A DNA stretch of 64,000 bases, from contig JAFVTF010000074.1 of the NCBI GenBank assembly GCA_017503375.1, positions 4,347 to 68,346 on the forward strand. The letters run 5' to 3'. Made by a program: the position numbers and the translations under genes. The DNA is from Lentisphaeria bacterium. Its GTDB lineage: Bacteria > Verrucomicrobiota > Lentisphaeria > Victivallales > UBA1829. Within the stretch, counting starts at the first letter, position 1, and the number at the start of each line of letters is the position of its first letter. The notes under the pieces are model-generated. The model was not told the DNA's origin. It saw only the letters and a list, made by a program, of their open reading frames with translations, and did no database searches. This document shows positions 56,198 through 64,000 of the stretch, piece by piece.

Positions 56198-57385
56198 TTA
56201 CTGCAAACGCATACGGGCAATGGTTTCCGTTGCTCCGAATTGCTGAAGAGTTTTCAATACTTTTTCTGCAAGAATGATCATAAATTCTTTCGGCATGGAA
56301 CAGAAAAATGCATCAATTTTCTTTCCACCGAGTTTTTTTATTGCTTTGTAGGATGAACTGTCGGGATTTGCCAGAGCCTGCTGTATGCGGTCAAATATAA
56401 TGGCTCGTTCAAAAATCTTGCTTGAATTTGTCAAATCTTCTCCGCTGGTCTGGGGAATGGCATCCGGATGTTCAATATAATATTCCGCAGGTTTCATTTC
56501 CTGAAAATTATATTTCTTATAGGTACAGAATGCATCTGCATGCTGGGCTGAAATCGAACCGCGAGCCAAAACTTCCACATCTTTCTCTGTCAAACCGTCA
56601 GCCTCTGCGTTTTGCAGAAACGATACGGATTTATCCACTTTCTTTCCGTAAATGCTTTTGATTCGTGCAGCAGGATTTTTCCGGAATTCTTCCAGGGCAT
56701 CCATTGCCGCACTCAAAGCAGCCCAGGAACGCGGTGTGGAAAACGGTTCATTGGCATTTGAAGGAACCTTTGAACCGGTATCCGGATCTTTGTACTGCAG
56801 ACAGAAGTCGTTTGCTGCAATGAATGCGCGGATATCATCACGGACTTTTGTTTTTCCATTGTCATCTATTTGACTGCCCCATTCCAGCCATTCTTTCACA
56901 CTGACCTTGATATGGAGTATGATAACCCGGTTGACCAATGCTGTGGACATCGCTCTGACCATGGCACTGTCTTCAATATTGTTTCCTGCTGCAACAACAA
57001 TGGTTCCTTTGGGCAGTTTGCGTTCTCCGATTTTCCGGTCAAGCAGCAGAGAATACATTGCTTTCTGAACTTCCTGATTACAGATCGGCAGTTCATCCAA
57101 AAAAAGAACAAACGGCTTTCCATCCGCAGGAAGCAGGAGTTTCGGAGGATAAAATACAGAACGCTGGTTGTCACCTTCTCCTTCAATACGGGGGATACCG
57201 CTGATATCTTCCGGGGCAATCTGTGTACCGAGCAGTGAGCGGCATTCGTATCCAAGGGTGTCTGCGATTTGCTGCACAATATCACTTTTACCAACTCCGG
57301 GAGACGCAAGCATCAGGATGCTCTGATTGGTTCCCATAGACATGATAATCTGTTTTGCTTCTGCCAAAGTGACTTCTGTTTTCAT
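56198..57385 (-). CDS. MoxR-like AAA+ ATPase (AAA_5 type)
   Basis: Walker A ASPGVGKS, EDISGIP, Walker B FVLFLDEL, VAAGN, ALVNR, TPRSW. Confidence 0.92.
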   Translation of the reverse strand: MKTEVTLAEAKQIIMSMGTNQSILMLASPGVGKSDIVQQIADTLGYECRSLLGTQIAPEDISGIPRIEGEGDNQRSVFYPPKLLLPADGKPFVLFLDELPICNQEVQKAMYSLLLDRKIGERKLPKGTIVVAAGNNIEDSAMVRAMSTALVNRVIILHIKVSVKEWLEWGSQIDDNGKTKVRDDIRAFIAANDFCLQYKDPDTGSKVPSNANEPFSTPRSWAALSAAMDALEEFRKNPAARIKSIYGKKVDKSVSFLQNAEADGLTEKDVEVLARGSISAQHADAFCTYKKYNFQEMKPAEYYIEHPDAIPQTSGEDLTNSSKIFERAIIFDRIQQALANPDSSSYKAIKKLGGKKIDAFFCSMPKEFMIILAEKVLKTLQQFGATETIARMRLQ

Positions 57386-57439
57386 TCTCTACCCCTTCTT
57401 TGTATATTTCAGTTTGTTTTATATAAATATTTCAAACCT

Positions 57440-57467
57440 AATATAACAGGGATATCGGGAATTTCAA
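57440..57467 (-). promoter_or_regulatory. putative promoter of the MoxR-vWA-ankyrin operon
   Basis: TTGAAA-N16-TATATT with TG extension. Confidence 0.6.
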
Positions 57468-57584
57468 ACATTTATTTCATAAAAAAGAAGTTTTTACAGA
57501 CTTTAAATTGAAAAAAAACGAATGCATCTGCAGCAAAAAGTATAACGTTCGCAAAATTGCGCACTTTCTGAAAAACAGAGTCTG

Positions 57585-58445
57585 CTAGAAATTGATGGTC
57601 CGGATTTGAATTTCTTTTATTTTTGTATTCAGCAGTCTGGCAACAACCGGACATTTTGAAAGAAAAAGAAAGGCTATTGGACGATCAGACTCGTTCAATG
57701 TTTCAAAATTGCCCTGACCTTTTGCAATAATCAGATCCGCTGATTGAAAGACTTCCTGAAATTCCGGACTGGTCTGTTCGATCATCGTTCCCGGTATCGT
57801 GGCAGAACCATTGCTGATAAATCCTTTTGCAAAGCCGTCCAGACCGCAATTCTTCAATTCATCTTCAGTCACATCATTGATCACATTGCCGCCGCGGACA
57901 CCGATAATTGTTTTTTCACGATACGGTTCAATGAATATTCTGTCAAAGACAGCCTCTCCGCAATTATCCAGAAGGTACAGAATTGTTTTGGCAGAATCCA
58001 TACGTTCCTTAATTTTACGGGCAGCTGCAAGGTCTATTTCTCTGGAAAAAGAGTCGCGGATAAGCTGGATTGCCTGTGCGATATCCAGATCAGAGAAAAC
58101 TCCGAAGTCGATAATATTTCCGGCAACAGCCATGCGTATCCTGGATTCAAAACTGTCCGGGTCATACTCCGGTATTGACGGAAGATTTTCCACCAAACGC
58201 TGCGCCATACGGTTGGAACAGAGCTTTTCTTCACGGTAAAGATTTTTCTTTCCTGTATGTTTTTCCGCTATTTCCTGCAATTTGGAAAACAGGTATGGCG
58301 GCGGAACTGCCATAGAATGTTCCGCCAGCAGATGCAGAGATTCAGCCACAATTTTCTTTCTGATTACCGGATCATCTGTTGATCTTTGTGCCAGATCTAC
58401 AGCATTTCTTGCGAGACAGGGAAGACATTCCAGGTGAGCGTTCAT
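57585..58445 (-). CDS. DUF89/ARMT1-like damage-control phosphatase
   Basis: ECLPC, AGNIIDFG, LDNCGEAVFD, INDVT, IAKGQGNFETL, KCPVVA. Confidence 0.9.
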   Translation of the reverse strand: MNAHLECLPCLARNAVDLAQRSTDDPVIRKKIVAESLHLLAEHSMAVPPPYLFSKLQEIAEKHTGKKNLYREEKLCSNRMAQRLVENLPSIPEYDPDSFESRIRMAVAGNIIDFGVFSDLDIAQAIQLIRDSFSREIDLAAARKIKERMDSAKTILYLLDNCGEAVFDRIFIEPYREKTIIGVRGGNVINDVTEDELKNCGLDGFAKGFISNGSATIPGTMIEQTSPEFQEVFQSADLIIAKGQGNFETLNESDRPIAFLFLSKCPVVARLLNTKIKEIQIRTINF

Positions 58446-58448
58446 CGT

Positions 58449-60386
58449 TCATTCCACCTCAAGAGATATTAATGCAAAACCTTTGAAAACGGGAGCTGTA
58501 ATTTCAACAGAATCTCCATTTACAGAATATTCCACAGAAGTTCCGGACGGCGCAAGTGTAACAGATTTCACGTTTTTACCGGGAAGGTTCAGACGGAATT
58601 TGCCATCTATTACAGCCATTGCATCTTCCACAACTGTCGTTTCTCCACGCCGTTCCGGTGAATATGCTATGAGATTGACATTGATCCGTCCTGGCTGTTC
58701 CTGGACAGTTACCCGCACAAATCCGGGCAGATTGATATTTTCCAGCAGCAGCGGGCCGGAAACGGTTTTGATATAATTTTCCAGCAATGTCCGCAAATGG
58801 AGCGCGCCTCTTTGATAATAACCGGAGAAGATATCACCGGAACACCAGATACGGTTCTGTTTTTTTGTCAAAAACGGAATATCTGTTTCTTTGTCAGGCG
58901 GGATATAATACTGAGCAAAGATACCGTTCCACTCCTGTTTGTAATAAGCTCTTACAAGGGGAGCAACGAATTCTGCATCTGTTGTTTTTGCTTTTACGGC
59001 ACGTGCATAAAGAGAGTGGATCATCTGTTCGATATTTTCAGTCATTGCTCCGGAAAGAGTAAAGTAGAATGTTGTTTCATCCAGTTCCCCTTCATAGGTA
59101 ATACCGAGTTCATCTCCCAATGCTTCAGCAGCATTTTTACCGCATGCAATGATTGCTTTCCCGGCAGCAAGATGTTTCCGGATCCGCTCTTTCATACGGT
59201 CCGTAATGGTGATTTCTTCCGGCAGAATCAGCAGCTTGTACTGATCCCACTCTTTTTCATATTCTGAAAAGACAAGATCAAACTGGACTTTCAATTCATC
59301 CAGCATACGGACAGCACTGGTGATCGGCTTGCTTTGATGCAGAGTCAAACGATGTTCCGGATAGAGCAGGGCGACATCTGCAAGATTTTTTGCTCCGATG
59401 TGCCAGTCATCATAAATTCTCAGATGGGAATAAACTTCAGCAAGACGGTCGAACACAGCTTCATCTTTATCTCCGCGCGGATGGAAATGTCCGGCAAGAT
59501 TAGGCCGCATTCCATGCGCCAGACCATAGAACATATCATAGTCCAGACTGTTTGCTCCGCGTAATCCGCCGAAATCACCCCAGGCATAGAAACGTCCGGT
59601 CATATTCAGAACCTGCTTTTCCGGTCTGATATTCCGGATACAGTGCGCCATTGTCGGAAGAAATTCATAGCCCCAGCCGCCGGTCGGCAAACATTCACAA
59701 TCAAAGAAGGTATCAAGGTCTCTGACCGTTCCAAACGGAATACTGTTGAAATAGAGCATGGGATCCGGAATAATCTTTCTGACTTCTGCAGAAATATCTT
59801 CGCAGAGACGGATAACGGAAAGCCGGGTGTGTTCCACAACATCATCCAGTTTACTCCAGTCAAAGCCCTGTTTTTTCATGCTTTCCACGCATCTTTTGCA
59901 GACGCAGGGAAAGTTTTGCAGGCAATCAATGAAAAATCCATTGACGGGATAGTTTTCTGCAATTTCTCTAATCATGGCGATCAGGTGATCCCGGTAAGGG
60001 GAATTATAACACATTGTATAGCAATAAGGGGTGACTTTTCCATGCATTTCCTTGCCCGGCATATAGAGAGTACACCATTCAGGATGGTCAACAGATTCCA
60101 TGACACTGAGACCTCCATTGAGGTATGCAACCAGGGCAATATCCTTTCTCTTGCAGGCATCTGCCAGTTTTCCGAAAAGATCGTATGTCAAAGAGGGGTG
60201 TCTTGTTCCAATTTTTGTATTGTAATATGCCATACCCTGATTACAGCGGGCATGGAACCCGAGATAATCAACACCGCACCGTTTTATCTGATCTGTGAAA
60301 TATTCTGCATCAAAATCTTTTCCCACATCAGGATTGTTGATGTGGGTATGGTTATCATAGAATAATCCATATTTTACTGTATGCAT
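58449..60386 (-). CDS. GHL6/alpha-L-fucosidase-like glycoside hydrolase with trimerisation domain
   Basis: YDNHT, FHARCNQGMAYY, HPSL..DL, CYNSPY, GFFID, ECLPTGGWGY, TGRFYAWGDFGG. Confidence 0.75.
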   Translation of the reverse strand: MHTVKYGLFYDNHTHINNPDVGKDFDAEYFTDQIKRCGVDYLGFHARCNQGMAYYNTKIGTRHPSLTYDLFGKLADACKRKDIALVAYLNGGLSVMESVDHPEWCTLYMPGKEMHGKVTPYCYTMCYNSPYRDHLIAMIREIAENYPVNGFFIDCLQNFPCVCKRCVESMKKQGFDWSKLDDVVEHTRLSVIRLCEDISAEVRKIIPDPMLYFNSIPFGTVRDLDTFFDCECLPTGGWGYEFLPTMAHCIRNIRPEKQVLNMTGRFYAWGDFGGLRGANSLDYDMFYGLAHGMRPNLAGHFHPRGDKDEAVFDRLAEVYSHLRIYDDWHIGAKNLADVALLYPEHRLTLHQSKPITSAVRMLDELKVQFDLVFSEYEKEWDQYKLLILPEEITITDRMKERIRKHLAAGKAIIACGKNAAEALGDELGITYEGELDETTFYFTLSGAMTENIEQMIHSLYARAVKAKTTDAEFVAPLVRAYYKQEWNGIFAQYYIPPDKETDIPFLTKKQNRIWCSGDIFSGYYQRGALHLRTLLENYIKTVSGPLLLENINLPGFVRVTVQEQPGRINVNLIAYSPERRGETTVVEDAMAVIDGKFRLNLPGKNVKSVTLAPSGTSVEYSVNGDSVEITAPVFKGFALISLEVE

Positions 60387-60435
60387 AAAAAAAATCCTTT
60401 CCTTCGGGCGGTATCCCTTTCATTAAAACACTCTG

Positions 60436-62328
60436 TCAGAAAACTGTTTCTTTGCAGACAAATTGAGTGAGTTTTATATTGTGTTCCTTTGCAAAATTCT
60501 TTAGAACTTTTTTCTTTTCCGGTTCCAGGTCGCTGACTGTTACAAGAATTTCATTGAAGGGGGTCTTTTTACAGATTTTTTCCAAATCCGTTGTTTTACC
60601 GATAACAAAGAACCCGTAAACATTCAGATTCATAAGAGCTTCATTATCATCACAAATTCCTATGATGATCTTTTCCTGATGTCTGGTTGCAAAACCGCTG
60701 TAGAGATAAGAAAGATAAAGTCTGCAATCAAGCCCCCCGCCATAAATGAGAACCTTATCAATATTTGTTTTTTTACCCAAATTCCGTTCATAAAGATATC
60801 TGAATCCGAAACTTTCCAGATAGTGCAGCAGGAAACGTTCCAGAATAATCAGAGAATTCGCTGTAAGGAAAAAGACAAAGTAAAATCCGCAGAAGTCCAG
60901 CAGAGCATTTTCCTGATTTTTTAATATGATAAACGTTATAACATAATTCAGAACGAATCCTATCGCACCGGCACAGATAAGATAAATCATCAATTTGAAA
61001 TATCTGCGGATTCCGGCACGCATCCAGAATGTCCGGTAAATTCCGGATAAACAGAGCGTAATTGTGAATGGCGCAACAAAGATCAGAAACCATCCGTGGA
61101 AAATTCGGGGCGGACGCAGGGATTTGAAGAGGTATTGGCAAAGTAAAAATGCACCCAAAACAAGGATCGTATCAATCATGGGATGTATCGCTGTAAATAT
61201 AAAATTCCTGTGCGGTGTTCTGATTCCTTCAGAAACACTTGCCATCGTGTCATAGAGTTCGATATGGGCATATTTCAGAAATGTGAAAATTATGACAAGG
61301 AAAACAATAAAAATCAAAGCCGGCAGCTTACTGTCGAAAAATACGGAAACCATTGTTGAAACAGAAAGCAGCGCGGAAATTCCATAAATGATGTAGGCTG
61401 TTTTATGCTGATGTCCGGTTTCTTTCTGGATCCGGTGATGCAAATGATCATGATCCCCTTGCATAATGCTGCTGTTCGGATCTTTCTTGATATAACGGCG
61501 TAAAATTCTTCTCCAAACAGCCAGAAAAACATCGAACATGGGAACCCCCATGGCGATTAACGGAATCAGCAATGAGGTGAACGTAACTGCTTTTGCAGAA
61601 TATTCCATACTGAAATAGGCGAAAAACAATCCAATAAACATACTGCCTGTGTCACCCATAAAAATTCTTGCAGGTGCAAAGTTGTATCTGAGAAATCCCA
61701 TACAGGCTCCGCAGAATATCATCAGGAAGGATGCCATAACAAGAGAACCTCCGGATATGATCATCCATACAGCCAGCAGGAAAGATGATATACTTGCCAA
61801 TCCGGCTGCAATCCCATCAAGCCCATCTATCAGATTGAAGGCGTTAATGATAATGATACACCAGATAAGTGTCAGCGGAAGACTGATGTATGCCGGCAGC
61901 TGATATTCCAGAATATGAGAGATCCCGCAATCATTGAAATAAAACCACAAGCCGGCAAGAATCTGCCCCAGTAATTTTACGATACTTTTCAGTTCGATTT
62001 TATCATCAATGATTCCAAGCACAAGGATCAGCAGGGCAGGGAGGAAGAATGTCTTAAAAAAATCATGCAGTTCCGGACAGAAATCAAGACTGCTTTCGTG
62101 ATGAACAAATGACAGCAATCCGATTGAAAGAAAAAAGCCTGCCCAGATAGCAACACCGCCACCTCTGGGAACAATCCGTTTATGTTGATGTCTGCCTCCC
62201 GGTTTGTCTATAAAACTCAGTTTCGGCAGCAGAAAAATTGCAAGATTTGTCAAAAACAGAGAGCTGAAAAATGCCGTCAGCATGTACGGCAAAATCATAG
62301 CACAAACTTTCACAATATTATCAGACAT
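60436..62328 (-). CDS. WecA/TagO-type polyprenyl-phosphate HexNAc-1-P transferase fused to a C-terminal membrane and Rossmann-like domain
   Basis: DKPGGRHQH, PRGGG, GIIDD, NAFNLIDGLDG, PARIFMGDTGS, DHDHLHHR; extra ~270 aa containing KVLIYGGG and IGICDD. Confidence 0.85.
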   Translation of the reverse strand: MSDNIVKVCAMILPYMLTAFFSSLFLTNLAIFLLPKLSFIDKPGGRHQHKRIVPRGGGVAIWAGFFLSIGLLSFVHHESSLDFCPELHDFFKTFFLPALLILVLGIIDDKIELKSIVKLLGQILAGLWFYFNDCGISHILEYQLPAYISLPLTLIWCIIIINAFNLIDGLDGIAAGLASISSFLLAVWMIISGGSLVMASFLMIFCGACMGFLRYNFAPARIFMGDTGSMFIGLFFAYFSMEYSAKAVTFTSLLIPLIAMGVPMFDVFLAVWRRILRRYIKKDPNSSIMQGDHDHLHHRIQKETGHQHKTAYIIYGISALLSVSTMVSVFFDSKLPALIFIVFLVIIFTFLKYAHIELYDTMASVSEGIRTPHRNFIFTAIHPMIDTILVLGAFLLCQYLFKSLRPPRIFHGWFLIFVAPFTITLCLSGIYRTFWMRAGIRRYFKLMIYLICAGAIGFVLNYVITFIILKNQENALLDFCGFYFVFFLTANSLIILERFLLHYLESFGFRYLYERNLGKKTNIDKVLIYGGGLDCRLYLSYLYSGFATRHQEKIIIGICDDNEALMNLNVYGFFVIGKTTDLEKICKKTPFNEILVTVSDLEPEKKKVLKNFAKEHNIKLTQFVCKETVF

Positions 62329-62473
62329 GGTTTTCTCCAGGCCATTATATTATTTGTTTCCAAACGACAGGATGCTCTTCCGTAATATATCATTTGATTT
62401 TCGGAATTGCAAATTCTTTTTGAAAGATTTTGTTTTTGAAATTCTTTCCGACCGGATATTGTAAGGTTTTCTC

Positions 62474-63841
62474 TTACAGCTTTTTGTTTCGCCAGTTGCC
62501 GAAAAACAGATAAAGCAGACAGGAAAGAAAAATAAAACTTTGGTAAAGAATTTCTGATGACCATGCAACCGCAGGAGATGGGCGCTGTTTTATGATAACC
62601 AGCCAGACAAACAGTATATATATGATAAGATTGATAAACTCAATGACGACGATTGTCTTTATCGCACCCGTTCCGGAAACAGCATTAAACAGGATAAAAG
62701 CCGCAATTTGTATAAAACTGGCCACACACATTACATAAACAGCACTGGTGGAAGATAGAATCAATTCCGGATTATCTGTATAGATCCGCATGGAAAGCTT
62801 CGGAAATACCGCATAAAATATCAGTATGGGAACAACCATTGTAAATGCCGATACCATAATTTTCCGGATCAAACGCCAGACTTGTGAAATTTTTCTTTCT
62901 CCAATCAGATTGCTGACCAGAGAGTTTGTGGCTGTGGCAAATGCATGAATAATAATAAAGGGCAGGGCGGAAAGGGAACGGACAATGTTGACAACTGCGA
63001 GGGAACGTTCTCCCAGACGTTCTACTGCAATAAAAAAGAAAAACCAGACACCTACTGAAATAAATGGTTGAAGCATCATCCAGAATGAAACAGAGAAAAC
63101 TTTTTTCAAAATATCCGGACTGAAAACAGCTGAAACAGAGTAAAAACCGTATTTTTCCAAATCAATGAATTTCAAGGTGTAAAAGGTATAACAGAGCAGG
63201 GAGATCGCTTCTGCTATACTGGAAGCAAGTGCAGCTCCGGCTATTCCCATTTCCGGCATTCCGAATTTCCCGAAAATCAAAGCGTAATTCAAAAGAATGT
63301 TGGATAATACCATTGCAATTGAACTGTATGTAAGAATCCTTGTTTGTGCGATTCCAACATAAAAGGCCCGTAAAATGGATGCAGCAAACGCAAAAATCAA
63401 TCCATAAGTCCGCCAGTCCAGATATTCAATGGTTGCTTTGCAAATCTCCTCCGATTTGATCATATACGGCAGCAGTACGGGGGAAAGATATTTGATCGCA
63501 AACATCAGAATTATGGAGAATATGACAAGAAAAAATCCTCCGGCATAACAGATACGTCCGATTTTGCGGAAATTTTTCTCTCCATTACGGCGGGCTATGA
63601 GAATTTGAGCTCCGAAACTGAATCCGGTCCCCAAAACAAAAAATGCAAGGAAATAAACTGTTCCCAGAGCGGATGCTCCTAGGGCAACTTCGTTCACTCT
63701 TCCGAGAAATGCCGTATCGGTCATCCCGATGATCTGTTCCATCAGCATACTCAAAAGAATCGGAATCGTTACTGTACCGATTTTTTTATAAGAATAACAC
63801 CCTTGTTTGTCTAATTCGGCAATCTCGTTCATCGTGTACAT
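62474..63841 (-). CDS. MATE-family efflux transporter
   Basis: DTAFLGR, ALGAS, NYALIFGKFGMPEMGIAGAALAS, about 12 TM. Confidence 0.92.
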   Translation of the reverse strand: MYTMNEIAELDKQGCYSYKKIGTVTIPILLSMLMEQIIGMTDTAFLGRVNEVALGASALGTVYFLAFFVLGTGFSFGAQILIARRNGEKNFRKIGRICYAGGFFLVIFSIILMFAIKYLSPVLLPYMIKSEEICKATIEYLDWRTYGLIFAFAASILRAFYVGIAQTRILTYSSIAMVLSNILLNYALIFGKFGMPEMGIAGAALASSIAEAISLLCYTFYTLKFIDLEKYGFYSVSAVFSPDILKKVFSVSFWMMLQPFISVGVWFFFFIAVERLGERSLAVVNIVRSLSALPFIIIHAFATATNSLVSNLIGERKISQVWRLIRKIMVSAFTMVVPILIFYAVFPKLSMRIYTDNPELILSSTSAVYVMCVASFIQIAAFILFNAVSGTGAIKTIVVIEFINLIIYILFVWLVIIKQRPSPAVAWSSEILYQSFIFLSCLLYLFFGNWRNKKL

Positions 63842-63928
63842 CTTTCTCGTTCAATTTGGATAAAAGAGTAATATAGCACGATTATACATTTTTTCAAATA
63901 GAATCAAACATAAAGTACCCAATAAGGA

Positions 63929-63957
63929 TTGACTGATTTTGTATTCATCCGTATAAT
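63929..63957 (+). promoter_or_regulatory. near-consensus sigma-70 promoter for the next gene (ATG at 63998)
   Basis: TTGACT-N17-TATAAT. Confidence 0.7.
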
Positions 63958-64000
63958 ACAGAAAACTATTGCTCAGAATATTATAAAAAGATAATTAATG

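Noticed and set aside
1-64000. CRISPR array, rRNA, tRNA, integrase or transposase
   Set aside because: No regularly spaced repeats, cloverleaf signatures, rRNA-like tracts or recombinase/DDE motifs were seen; a short or atypical RNA could have been missed by eye.

Overview
Gene-dense, moderately AT-rich bacterial chromosome segment. The gene style points to a Lentisphaerae/Victivallales-like member of the PVC superphylum (inference): N-methylation prepilins with H-X9-DG motifs, a DUF4838 protein, a UAP1-type pyrophosphorylase and a REP-like hairpin. About 50 CDS are supported. Housekeeping genes include dut, dapB, an RlmD-like methyltransferase, yraN, nifU/nifS, rfbG/rfbH, a sigma-70 factor, an ECF/ZAS pair, CvrA, a MATE transporter and a WecA-like fusion. 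Accessory content includes two prepilin-containing catabolic loci, an AraC-linked glycyl-radical enzyme/activase pair with non-canonical active-site loops, and an operon encoding a MoxR AAA+ ATPase, a metallopeptidase-vWA protein and a 1613-aa ankyrin protein. Non-coding highlights read by eye are a ~105-nt rod-like RNA candidate with its own promoter and U-tail upstream of the sigma-70 gene, a diverged ~90-bp hairpin element in two copies bracketing a three-gene cassette, two divergent microproteins around a dyad-symmetric spacer, and a recurrent TTGNNN-N16-TATATT promoter architecture. No rRNA, tRNA, CRISPR array, integrase or transposase was recognised. All family calls come from motif recognition; no database searches were run.
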